Shown here: piece after piece, positions 56,234-64,000 of the stretch
How positions within the stretch are numbered: the stretch's first letter is position 1
How the letters are laid out: each line of letters opens with the position of its first letter
Notes under the pieces: model-generated
What the model was told of the DNA's origin: nothing
Databases searched by the model: none
What the model saw: the letters and a program-made list of their open reading frames with translations, nothing else
Position numbers and translations under genes: made by a program
NCBI RefSeq assembly: GCF_004361915.1
Contig: NZ_SNWP01000010.1
Coordinates: 1,016,050 to 1,080,049 of the forward strand
Length of the DNA: 64,000 nt
Reading direction: 5' to 3'
From: Sediminibacterium goheungense
GTDB taxonomy: Bacteria; Bacteroidota; Bacteroidia; Chitinophagales; Chitinophagaceae

Positions 56234-57303
56234 GGTACCCAAAAACCATAGTAACCATACTCTGCTTAGGCATACTTTGTACCGGCTGGATACAGATGGG
56301 AAATTATTTCAGACCCACACCCATTCGCTTTCAGGTTCCGAAAGGATGGCCGCAGCCTTTGTATAATTTTAAAGAAAATCCACTTACCAAAGAAGGCATC
56401 GAACTGGGCAGGCAATTATTCTATGATACTCGTTTAAGCAAAGACGGTTCTATTTCCTGTGGTACCTGCCACCAGCAGTTTGGTGCATTTAATACCTATG
56501 ACCATAACCTGAGTCATGGTTTTAATAATTCACTTACCACCAGAAATGCGCCTGGTTTGTTTAACCTGGCATGGCAGAAAGAATTTATGTGGGATGGAGG
56601 CATCAACCACCTTGACCTGCAACCACTGGCTCCCATTACTGCGGAAAATGAAATGGCTGAAAGCCTTGCCCATGTGATTCAAAAGCTAGAGAAAGAAAAA
56701 GAATACAGAAAGCTTTTTAAAGCTGCTTTTGGGGATGAAGCCATCAATACCCAAAGGATGACAAAAGCACTGAGCCAGTTTCTGCTTACATTGGTAAGCA
56801 GCAACAGTAAATACGACAGAGTAAAAATGGGGTTGGATACTTTTATTCTTCCGGAGAAACTGGGGTATGAAATTTTCCAGAAAAAATGTGTGAGTTGCCA
56901 TACAGAACCTTTCTTTACTGATTTCAGTTACCGGAACATTGGTATTCCGGTTGACCCCTTCCTGAAAGATTTAGGGCGGATGAAAATTACCGGCGAAAGC
57001 AAGGACTCTCTCAAATTCCGTGTTCCCAGTCTCCGTAATGTAATGCGTACTTTCCCTTATGGACATGATGGCCGCTTTTTCTCGGTATTGAGTGTGATGG
57101 AACATTACAGGAAAAATATGGTGCTAAGCCCCACAACAGATAGTTTATTAAAAAGCAGACTATCTCTTTCCAATTTTGAAATCGGACAGCTCACGGCTTT
57201 CCTGTATACACTAACCGACAGTAGTTTTCTCAGTAACCCCGCTTTTGCCGCGCCCGGCAAAGGCATCAGTACCACAGCACCTGTAGATATTCATAATAAT
57301 TAA
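56230..57303 (+). CDS. Di-heme cytochrome c peroxidase (MbnH/MauG-like)
   Basis: Two CxxCH heme motifs (CGTCHQQ and CVSCHTE). CCP family length. Confidence 0.8.
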   Translation: MRYPKTIVTILCLGILCTGWIQMGNYFRPTPIRFQVPKGWPQPLYNFKENPLTKEGIELGRQLFYDTRLSKDGSISCGTCHQQFGAFNTYDHNLSHGFNNSLTTRNAPGLFNLAWQKEFMWDGGINHLDLQPLAPITAENEMAESLAHVIQKLEKEKEYRKLFKAAFGDEAINTQRMTKALSQFLLTLVSSNSKYDRVKMGLDTFILPEKLGYEIFQKKCVSCHTEPFFTDFSYRNIGIPVDPFLKDLGRMKITGESKDSLKFRVPSLRNVMRTFPYGHDGRFFSVLSVMEHYRKNMVLSPTTDSLLKSRLSLSNFEIGQLTAFLYTLTDSSFLSNPAFAAPGKGISTTAPVDIHNN

Positions 57304-57358
57304 TGAATGTTACCCGCTATTCTTGAATTTAATGCCAAGAAATGCGATGTTTGTAGCG

Positions 57359-57427
57359 TTAGTGAGCAGTGAGCAGTGAGTAGTGAGTAAAATCTCCTAC
57401 TCACTACTCATTACTCACTACTCACTT
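57359..57427. repeat. Heptad-repeat hairpin (GTGAGCA/GTGAGTA)x4 – AAATCTCC – (TACTCAC)x4, followed by TTTTA
   Basis: Directly after the stop of the di-heme peroxidase gene. Near-perfect stem. Confidence 0.8.
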
Positions 57428-57433
57428 TTAACG

Positions 57434-58939
57434 ATGAGTAGTATTAAGAAATTAGCAGGACAAACTTTGTGGTATGGTGTGCCCACCATTGCCGTTCGTT
57501 TTTTGGGCTATGCATTGAACATCCTGTTATTCTGGTGGTATGAACCGAGCAGTACTGCTGGTATTACACAGATTTATGCTGCTATTCCTTTTTTGAACAT
57601 TCTGTTTACTTATGGACTTGAAACCAGCTATTTCAGGTTTATACAGGATCATGATAAAACAAAAGTGTTCAATACATTTTTAACGTCCACCATTATCACT
57701 ACGGTTCTCTTCACAGGCTTTTTATTGTGGCAGGCACAGGCTGTGGCTGGCTTGATCGATTTTGCAGATCATCCTGAATATATACGTTGGATGGCGTGGA
57801 TACTTTTTTTCGATACACTATCTGTTATTCCTTTTGCAAAATTAAGACAGGAAGGAAGGCCACGCATGTATGCATTTATCAAAGCATCCGGTATTGTGGT
57901 CAATGTTTTGCTGGTATTGTTTTTTATTGGCACCTGCCCAAAACTATACCGGGAAAACCCTGAAAGCATATGGTTATCATTTTATAATCCCTTGATAGGT
58001 ATCGGTTATTATATCATTGCCAATGTGGTTGCCAGCATATTTACATTGTTATTACTTACTAAAGAGTTCCGGGGTTTCAGGTTTGCCTTCGATTTTGCGC
58101 TTTGGAAGACGGTCATGAAATATTCGTATCCATTAATTATTGTAGGGCTTGGTGGAATGATTAACGAAATGCTGAGCAGGTTGGTGTATACAAGGGTATT
58201 GGATTTACCACGCAAGGAAGAATTACATCAACTGGGTATTTTCGGAGCCAATTACAAAGTGGCTGTACTGATCACCATTTTTATACAGGTGTTCAAGATG
58301 GGGGCGGAACCTTTTTTCTTTAACCAATCAAAAGAAGAAAATGCACCACGGACTTATGCAAGGGTGATGAAATTTTTTGTGATCGCCTGCGCATTTATGT
58401 GGCTGGCCATTGTGGTGAATCTTCCTATAATTATGCGGTTTGCTTACGGCTCTAATGCTGCTGCCTATGGAGAAGGCATTTCGATTGTTCCAATACTGGC
58501 CATGGGTAGTGTATTTCTGGGTATTTATTATAACCTGAGCGTATGGTACAAGCTCACTAACAAAACGCTCACAGGTGCATGGATCACGCTGGCTGGTGCC
58601 GCTATCACCATACTGCTGAATATATGGTGGATTCCTTTATTCGGATATACAGGCAGTGCCTGGGCAACTTTTGCATGTTATGCTTTTATGATGATCATTA
58701 GTTATCAACTCGGCCAGAAACATTACCGCATTCCGTATGCCAGCAAAAAACTGATTGCCTATCTGGTGATCGTTACCCTTCTTTACCTGATACACCAACT
58801 CTTTGTATATTTTCTACCACAATTATGGTTAGGAACGGCTTTCGGTTTATTACTCCTAGGCGTTTTTGCCTGGTTTATTTTACTGGTGGAAAGAAAAGAG
58901 TTTCAGAAAATGCCCGTAATCGGTAAATACATCAAATAA
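57434..58939 (+). CDS. Polysaccharide biosynthesis/oligosaccharide flippase (Wzx/MOP family) membrane protein
   Basis: ~14 predicted TM helices. N-terminus SIKKLAGQTLWYGVPTI. ORF's first 17 codons lie in a repeat element and were trimmed. Confidence 0.65.
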   Translation: MSSIKKLAGQTLWYGVPTIAVRFLGYALNILLFWWYEPSSTAGITQIYAAIPFLNILFTYGLETSYFRFIQDHDKTKVFNTFLTSTIITTVLFTGFLLWQAQAVAGLIDFADHPEYIRWMAWILFFDTLSVIPFAKLRQEGRPRMYAFIKASGIVVNVLLVLFFIGTCPKLYRENPESIWLSFYNPLIGIGYYIIANVVASIFTLLLLTKEFRGFRFAFDFALWKTVMKYSYPLIIVGLGGMINEMLSRLVYTRVLDLPRKEELHQLGIFGANYKVAVLITIFIQVFKMGAEPFFFNQSKEENAPRTYARVMKFFVIACAFMWLAIVVNLPIIMRFAYGSNAAAYGEGISIVPILAMGSVFLGIYYNLSVWYKLTNKTLTGAWITLAGAAITILLNIWWIPLFGYTGSAWATFACYAFMMIISYQLGQKHYRIPYASKKLIAYLVIVTLLYLIHQLFVYFLPQLWLGTAFGLLLLGVFAWFILLVERKEFQKMPVIGKYIK

Positions 58940-58944
58940 AAAAT

Positions 58945-59265
58945 ATGCTACCGGCCAAAAAATTTGCAGACCTCGCATTATCCATGGCCGATACAGATAC
59001 AGTACCACATTTCGACAAACAGGCTTTCAGAAAACATACAAAGATTTTTGCTACGCTGCATCCTGTAACACTGGTGGCCATGGTGAAATTAACACCTGAA
59101 CAGCAATCTGTTTATCTGCAATTACCTGGTGAAATATTTTATCCCGCTTCTGGCGCCTGGGGCAAAGCAGGCTGTACACACTGTAACCTGAAAATGATCA
59201 ATACGAAGCTTGCAAAAGAAGTGCTGAGACTGGCATGGGGGAATATTCATCTGAAGAAAAAATAA
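58945..59265 (+). CDS. MmcQ/YjbR-family protein
   Basis: 106 aa. Length and composition typical of the family. Weak call. Confidence 0.4.
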   Translation: MLPAKKFADLALSMADTDTVPHFDKQAFRKHTKIFATLHPVTLVAMVKLTPEQQSVYLQLPGEIFYPASGAWGKAGCTHCNLKMINTKLAKEVLRLAWGNIHLKKK

Positions 59266-59432
59266 TCGGGATTTTATTACCGGACTGAAGTCTGGTGCTG
59301 GGTTAAAGAAACCTAATTAAGTATAGCTTATCCCAAAAACATAGCATACCCGAACCTCAGAAAATAGAATATTGCTTTCCTGAAATATCAGAGACCCGTT
59401 CCTTGCACCGGACTTCAGTCCGGTGATAAAAA

Positions 59433-60572
59433 TCAAATCAGTTGTTTTTGAAAAATCCTGAATCGTTTATACAACTCCCCTCCCAACTTCTCACATTCGG
59501 CCCGCATGGTAGTATTCGTTTCCAGAATCAGGTGGCTGTCCATATGTGTCATTCCTCTCGCAGAAGCTGATTGTATCAATGCCATGGCCATATACACATC
59601 CAGCCCCTTTCCTCTGTATTTTTCTTTCACAGCGCCTAATAAAAGATTGAGTTGCTTACTTTTTCGCATAGCTGAGAAAATATGAAAAAGTCCGAATGGA
59701 AATAATTTTCCTTTGGCTTTTTGTAAGCCCATACTCAAGTCGGGCATAGCTACTACAAAGGATAACAAATTGCCGTTCTCATCAATCATCGCTTTTACAA
59801 AAGATGGGTTCAGGATCGGCAGGTACTGCTTTGCCATTTTTTGTATTTCAGCATCCGACATAGGTACAAACCCAAATAAGGGTGTATAGGTTTCGTTGAT
59901 CAACTGAAAAACCGGTACGATATAGGGTTTGAGCGCTTTTCTGCTCTTGAATTCCAGCAGTTGAAGTTTTGGATTGCGGCCAATTCTCCCTAATATACGC
60001 TCATACAAAGCAGGTAATTGCTCCGGTATGGGAATCCGATACGAAACACAATCGATATACTTCTCATAGCCAAGCGATGCAAGTAAAGCAGGCATATAAG
60101 CCGGATTTGATGGTGTTGCAATCACAGGAAGATGTTCCAGTCCTTGAACCTGAAAGCCTTGCGGGTCTTTATCAGAAAAACCAAATGGACCAATCAGTTT
60201 ATCCATGCCGTGTTCCCTGGCCCATGCTTCTACGGTTTTGATGAGCAGCGATGCAACCGCCGGATCATCGATACAATCCATCTGAAAAAAGCGGGCTGTT
60301 TTTTCCTTGTGTATACGGTTATAGGCATGATGAATGATGCCCATAATTCTTCCAACAGCTAAATTTTTCCTATATACTATCCATTTTTCTGTAACAGCGT
60401 CCTTGTAAGCAGGATTTTTTAAAGGATCATGAAACTGATACTCATCCACATACAGCGGTGGTACCCAGCGGGGAATATTTTCATAGATGCTGGCAGGCAA
60501 ATGAATAAATGCCCTCAGCTCAGAAGGGCCATTAATTTTCTCAATGCGTAAATGCGTATCAAGCATCACCAA
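59433..60572 (-). CDS. Uncharacterised protein, possibly GNAT-fold N-acetyltransferase family
   Basis: 379 aa. N-terminal FIHLPASIYENIPRWVPPL motif resembles a Bacteroidota GNAT-like family. Weak. Confidence 0.35.
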   Translation of the reverse strand: MVMLDTHLRIEKINGPSELRAFIHLPASIYENIPRWVPPLYVDEYQFHDPLKNPAYKDAVTEKWIVYRKNLAVGRIMGIIHHAYNRIHKEKTARFFQMDCIDDPAVASLLIKTVEAWAREHGMDKLIGPFGFSDKDPQGFQVQGLEHLPVIATPSNPAYMPALLASLGYEKYIDCVSYRIPIPEQLPALYERILGRIGRNPKLQLLEFKSRKALKPYIVPVFQLINETYTPLFGFVPMSDAEIQKMAKQYLPILNPSFVKAMIDENGNLLSFVVAMPDLSMGLQKAKGKLFPFGLFHIFSAMRKSKQLNLLLGAVKEKYRGKGLDVYMAMALIQSASARGMTHMDSHLILETNTTMRAECEKLGGELYKRFRIFQKQLI

Positions 60573-60596
60573 ACTTAAGTTTTTTATCTTTGCGTT

Positions 60597-61073
60597 ATGG
60601 CAGAAGACTTAAGCATCATCAAAGGTGATAAACGCACACAGTACGAATCACTGATACCGCAGATAAAAGCATTAGTGGAAGGAGAAAAGGATCTGGTGGC
60701 CAACCTTGCCAATATAGCAGCCGCTTTAAAAGAGCAGTTCGGCTGGTTCTGGGTGGGTTTTTACTGGGTTAAAAATGAAGAGTTGGTATTGGGACCTTTT
60801 CAGGGACCCGTTGCCTGCACACGTATCCGTAAAGGTCGTGGAGTTTGTGGCACCAGCTGGGCAGAAGCAAAAACATTGATCGTTCCCGACGTTGAAAAAT
60901 TTCCCGGACATATTGCCTGCAGCAGTCTTTCCAAATCAGAAATCGTGGTACCTATCATCAGAAATGGCGATTTACTTGGCGTATTAGACGTAGACGCCAG
61001 CGAACTGGATCAATTTGATGAAACAGATAAGTTGTACCTGGAGCAGATAGTTGCAATGGTGAATGGTGAATAG
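60597..61073 (+). CDS. GAF-domain protein (free methionine-R-sulfoxide reductase-like)
   Basis: 158 aa with conserved Cys residues in fRMsr-like positions (PVACTRIRKGRGVCGTSW). Last five codons are encoded by the downstream heptad repeat. Confidence 0.65.
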   Translation: MAEDLSIIKGDKRTQYESLIPQIKALVEGEKDLVANLANIAAALKEQFGWFWVGFYWVKNEELVLGPFQGPVACTRIRKGRGVCGTSWAEAKTLIVPDVEKFPGHIACSSLSKSEIVVPIIRNGDLLGVLDVDASELDQFDETDKLYLEQIVAMVNGE

Positions 61074-61159
61074 TGAGTAGTGAGTAGTGAGTAGATTTAA
61101 CTTATCTAATTAAATGTATTCTTTACTCACTACTGACTACTGACTACTCACTACTCACT
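61056..61159. repeat. Heptad-repeat hairpin (GTGAATG GTGAATA GTGAGTA…) – loop – (TACTCAC TACTGAC…)
   Basis: Overlaps the last codons of the GAF gene and is followed by TTTTCTCC. Confidence 0.8.
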
Positions 61160-61340
61160 TTTCTCCATCTCAATTTTTTTACTTAGCTTTGCATTATACA
61201 TATACTCTCTCTACACACGACCGATTTCCTTCCGTGACAAAGTTCATCAGTCTTTATAACAGGTAGCATAAGCACCCACGTAGGAAGGTTATATAACAAC
61301 TGAGCGATTTCAGTTGTGTTTTATTTAAAAATTTATTCCA

Positions 61341-62606
61341 TTGACATTTGATTCATTGAATCTGATCGAGCCCATATTACGTGCGCTCCAGACAGAAGGT
61401 TACACAACACCCACCCCTATTCAGCAACAATCGATACCGGTAGTATTAGCGGGAAAAGATTTATTGGGTTGTGCCCAGACAGGAACAGGAAAAACAGCAG
61501 CATTTGCCATTCCGGTGATACAGTTACTTTCACAACAAAAAAATTTCACACAGGGTATTAAAGCCTTGATACTTACCCCCACCAGAGAACTGGCCATTCA
61601 GATCGACGAAAGTTTTGCGGCCTATGGTCGTCATACATCTATCAGACATGCCGTAATTTTTGGCGGTGTTTCTCAACTGCCACAAACACAGGCATTGAAA
61701 AGAGGTGTTGATGTATTGATTGCCACACCAGGTCGTTTACTCGATCTCATGCAGCAGGGGTATATTAATTTACAACAGCTACAATTATTTGTACTGGACG
61801 AAGCCGATCGCATGCTTGACATGGGCTTCATTCATGACGTGAAAAAAGTTATTGCAAAACTGCCGTCAAAAAGACAAACGCTTTTCTTTTCCGCTACCAT
61901 GCCGCCTGAAATTGCGGGGCTGGCCAACAGTATCTTACAAGAGCCTGTAAAAGTAGAAGTAACACCTGTTTCCTCTACTGCCGAAAAAATTGAACAATCG
62001 GTTTATTTTGTAGAGAAACAAAACAAACGTCTTTTACTTAATCATCTTTTACAGGATAGCGCGATTGAAACCGTACTGGTTTTTACACGTACCAAACATG
62101 GTGCAGATAAAGTAGTAAAAGATTTGCAGAAAGCTGGCATTGGTGCTGCTGCCATTCACGGTAATAAATCGCAGAATGCGCGCCAGCGTGCCCTTACCGA
62201 TTTTAAATCGGGTAACCTGCGTGTACTGGTAGCCACCGATATTGCCGCAAGGGGCATTGATGTGGAACAACTCTCGCATGTAATTAACTATGAGCTGCCC
62301 AATATTCCGGAAACCTATGTTCACCGTATTGGCAGAACAGGAAGGGCCGGTGCTTCAGGTATTGCCATTTCATTTTGCGATGCAGAAGAGAAAGCCTATT
62401 TAAAAGATATCCAAAAGTTAATCAGCATTTCAGTACCACAGGTGCTGGATCATCCTTATGCTATGAGTGATATTTCACTGACCAATTTCAAGCCTGCACC
62501 CAAGCAACAGCAGGGCAACAGAAATGGTCAGCGCAGATCATTCAGAGGCGGCGACAGCAGAAGGTATGCCGGCAATAATGGTCAGCAGCGTCAGCGGAGG
62601 GATTAA
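61341..62606 (+). CDS. DEAD-box ATP-dependent RNA helicase (RhlE-like) with Gly/Arg/Gln-rich tail
   Basis: Q-motif. Motif [16 protein letters not shown]. Motif [13 protein letters not shown]-terminal RGG-like tail. Confidence 0.9.
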   Translation: MTFDSLNLIEPILRALQTEGYTTPTPIQQQSIPVVLAGKDLLGCAQTGTGKTAAFAIPVIQLLSQQKNFTQGIKALILTPTRELAIQIDESFAAYGRHTSIRHAVIFGGVSQLPQTQALKRGVDVLIATPGRLLDLMQQGYINLQQLQLFVLDEADRMLDMGFIHDVKKVIAKLPSKRQTLFFSATMPPEIAGLANSILQEPVKVEVTPVSSTAEKIEQSVYFVEKQNKRLLLNHLLQDSAIETVLVFTRTKHGADKVVKDLQKAGIGAAAIHGNKSQNARQRALTDFKSGNLRVLVATDIAARGIDVEQLSHVINYELPNIPETYVHRIGRTGRAGASGIAISFCDAEEKAYLKDIQKLISISVPQVLDHPYAMSDISLTNFKPAPKQQQGNRNGQRRSFRGGDSRRYAGNNGQQRQRRD

Positions 62607-62654
62607 AAGACCTACTACTTAACTGATACAAAGCTATTTCGCTAATTTAGTTTC

Positions 62655-63893
62655 ATGAAACAGCGAAATAGCTTTTTTGTATGTATACTGCTGATCGTCG
62701 TCTCCAGCAGTTCTTCATTTGCACAGAAAACAACGACCACCTATTTTCCTACAGCCGGAAAATGGGAACAGCGTATGCCCTCATCCATGGGCATAAAAGA
62801 AAGTATACTAAATGATGCCATTGCATTGGCCAAGGCGGGTGAATCAAAAAATCCCCGCAGTATGGAAATCAACCATTACCGCACTTTTGGTAAAGAACCT
62901 TTTGGCGAAGGCATTGGTCCTTTTGCCGATCGTGGTGAAGCTACGGGTATCATCATTTACAAAGGTTATATCGTTGCACAATGGGGCGAACCGGATCGTT
63001 GCGATATGACGCATAGTGTTACCAAAAGCTTCTTGTCTGCGATTGTGGGTGTTGCTGCTGATAAAGGTATGATCAACAGTGTTACAGATACGGTTGCGAA
63101 ATATGTTCCGCCGATTGAGCTGTACCAGCCACAGCAACCGGTAAACAGACCGGCAGAAAATATAGGCGAGCCACAAATGCTTTTCCCCTTCGCATCAGCA
63201 CATAACCGTACCATTACATGGGATGATCTGTTAAGACAAACCAGCGATTGGGAGGGCACACTCTGGGGTAAACCCGAATGGGCCGACAGACCGGATGCAG
63301 ATGCCAATAAATGGATTGGCAGACCCCGCAATAAACCGGGTACCGTTTATGAATACAATGATGTACGCGTGAATGCGCTGGCCCTGGCCGCTACCAGTGT
63401 ATGGAGAAGACCCTTACCACAGGTACTCAAACAATATATTATGGACCCCATCGGCGCATCCAATACCTGGCGCTGGACCGGTTACCGGAATGCATGGATT
63501 GTACTCGACGGACAACCCGTACAATCGGTAAGTGGTGGCGGACATTGGGGAGGCGGTATGTTTATCAATGCCTATGATATGGCCCGTTTTGGATGGCTCA
63601 CCCTGAACCGGGGTAAATGGAACGGACAGCAGTTACTGAGTGAAGTATGGATACAAAGATCCCTTACACCCACTGTACCCAAAACAGATTATGGCTATAT
63701 GAACTGGTTCCTGAATACAGGGCGTAAATTTTTACCCAGTGCCCCTGAAACCGCCTTTACACATGTAGGTAATGGCAACAATATTATTTACGTAGATCCT
63801 GAACATGAGCTCGTAGCGGTTATTCGCTGGATCGATGGCCGTTCGCAGGATGCCGTCATAGGCAAAATCATTGAGGCACTACCTGTTAAATAA
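62655..63893 (+). CDS. Beta-lactamase-family serine hydrolase, secreted
   Basis: Signal peptide. SxxK motif SVTKSF. Length typical of class C-like serine hydrolases. Confidence 0.6.
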   Translation: MKQRNSFFVCILLIVVSSSSSFAQKTTTTYFPTAGKWEQRMPSSMGIKESILNDAIALAKAGESKNPRSMEINHYRTFGKEPFGEGIGPFADRGEATGIIIYKGYIVAQWGEPDRCDMTHSVTKSFLSAIVGVAADKGMINSVTDTVAKYVPPIELYQPQQPVNRPAENIGEPQMLFPFASAHNRTITWDDLLRQTSDWEGTLWGKPEWADRPDADANKWIGRPRNKPGTVYEYNDVRVNALALAATSVWRRPLPQVLKQYIMDPIGASNTWRWTGYRNAWIVLDGQPVQSVSGGGHWGGGMFINAYDMARFGWLTLNRGKWNGQQLLSEVWIQRSLTPTVPKTDYGYMNWFLNTGRKFLPSAPETAFTHVGNGNNIIYVDPEHELVAVIRWIDGRSQDAVIGKIIEALPVK

Positions 63894-64000
63894 AGAAAGC
63901 CGGGGAGCGAATTTTATGTGTAAATCCCCTACTTTTGCCACCCGATCTAAACCATTAGCGGATGTGGCGAAACTGGCAGACGCACTAGACTTAGGATCTA

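Overview
This 64-kb window looks like a Bacteroidota chromosome, probably Chitinophagaceae-like. Supporting signs are a SusC/SusD polysaccharide-utilization locus (PUL), many lipoprotein signals, an exbB-exbD-exbD-tonB operon and no Shine-Dalgarno usage. Coding density is high. Main blocks, in order:
- partial CRTAC1/ASPIC-UnbV protein, vanadium-haloperoxidase-like lipoprotein and a repeat-flanked membrane-anchored gene of unknown function;
- minus-strand PUL (susC-susD plus two ~1110-aa CRTAC1-family FG-GAP lipoproteins) with a divergent LacI regulator, then a Gfo/Idh/MocA oxidoreductase and a DUF1080 3-keto-sugar hydrolase;
- purine nucleoside phosphorylase and DUF547;
- arsenosugar-type biosynthesis cluster (AhpD-like, ArsS radical SAM, TIGR04282 GT, ArsM, VOC, TIGR04283 GT2);
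- ECF sigma/anti-sigma with two DUF4097 proteins, and a Pmp3 membrane protein;
- AAA ATPase, three tandem tRNA-gene remnants, SPFH protein and a long-form RtcB;
- S15 peptidase and a LytTR two-component pair;
- an AT-rich islet with a 499-aa PIN-GNAT-PUA-like fusion, a stand-alone ASCH protein and an orphan DUF6364 antitoxin-like gene;
- mnmE, tandem tonB paralogs, two exbD and exbB;
- zinc metalloprotease and an FNR-like reductase;
- a four-helix-bundle (IVS-like) gene between heptad inverted repeats;
- housekeeping genes (glyQS, pepP-like, mazG-like, trHb, dtd, arfB), an MbnP/MbnH pair, a flippase, a DEAD-box helicase and a serine hydrolase.
Intergenic regions are packed with hairpin elements built from tandem 7-8-nt units: (GTGAGTA/GTCAGTA)n in 5 copies, (AATTTGRA)n in 2 copies, (AATAAGG)n and TGAGC units. 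Most sit at gene 3' ends and look like terminators. The best candidates for an undescribed system are the PIN-GNAT-PUA-like + ASCH module in the AT-rich islet and the tRNA-remnant/ATPase/SPFH/RtcB neighbourhood.
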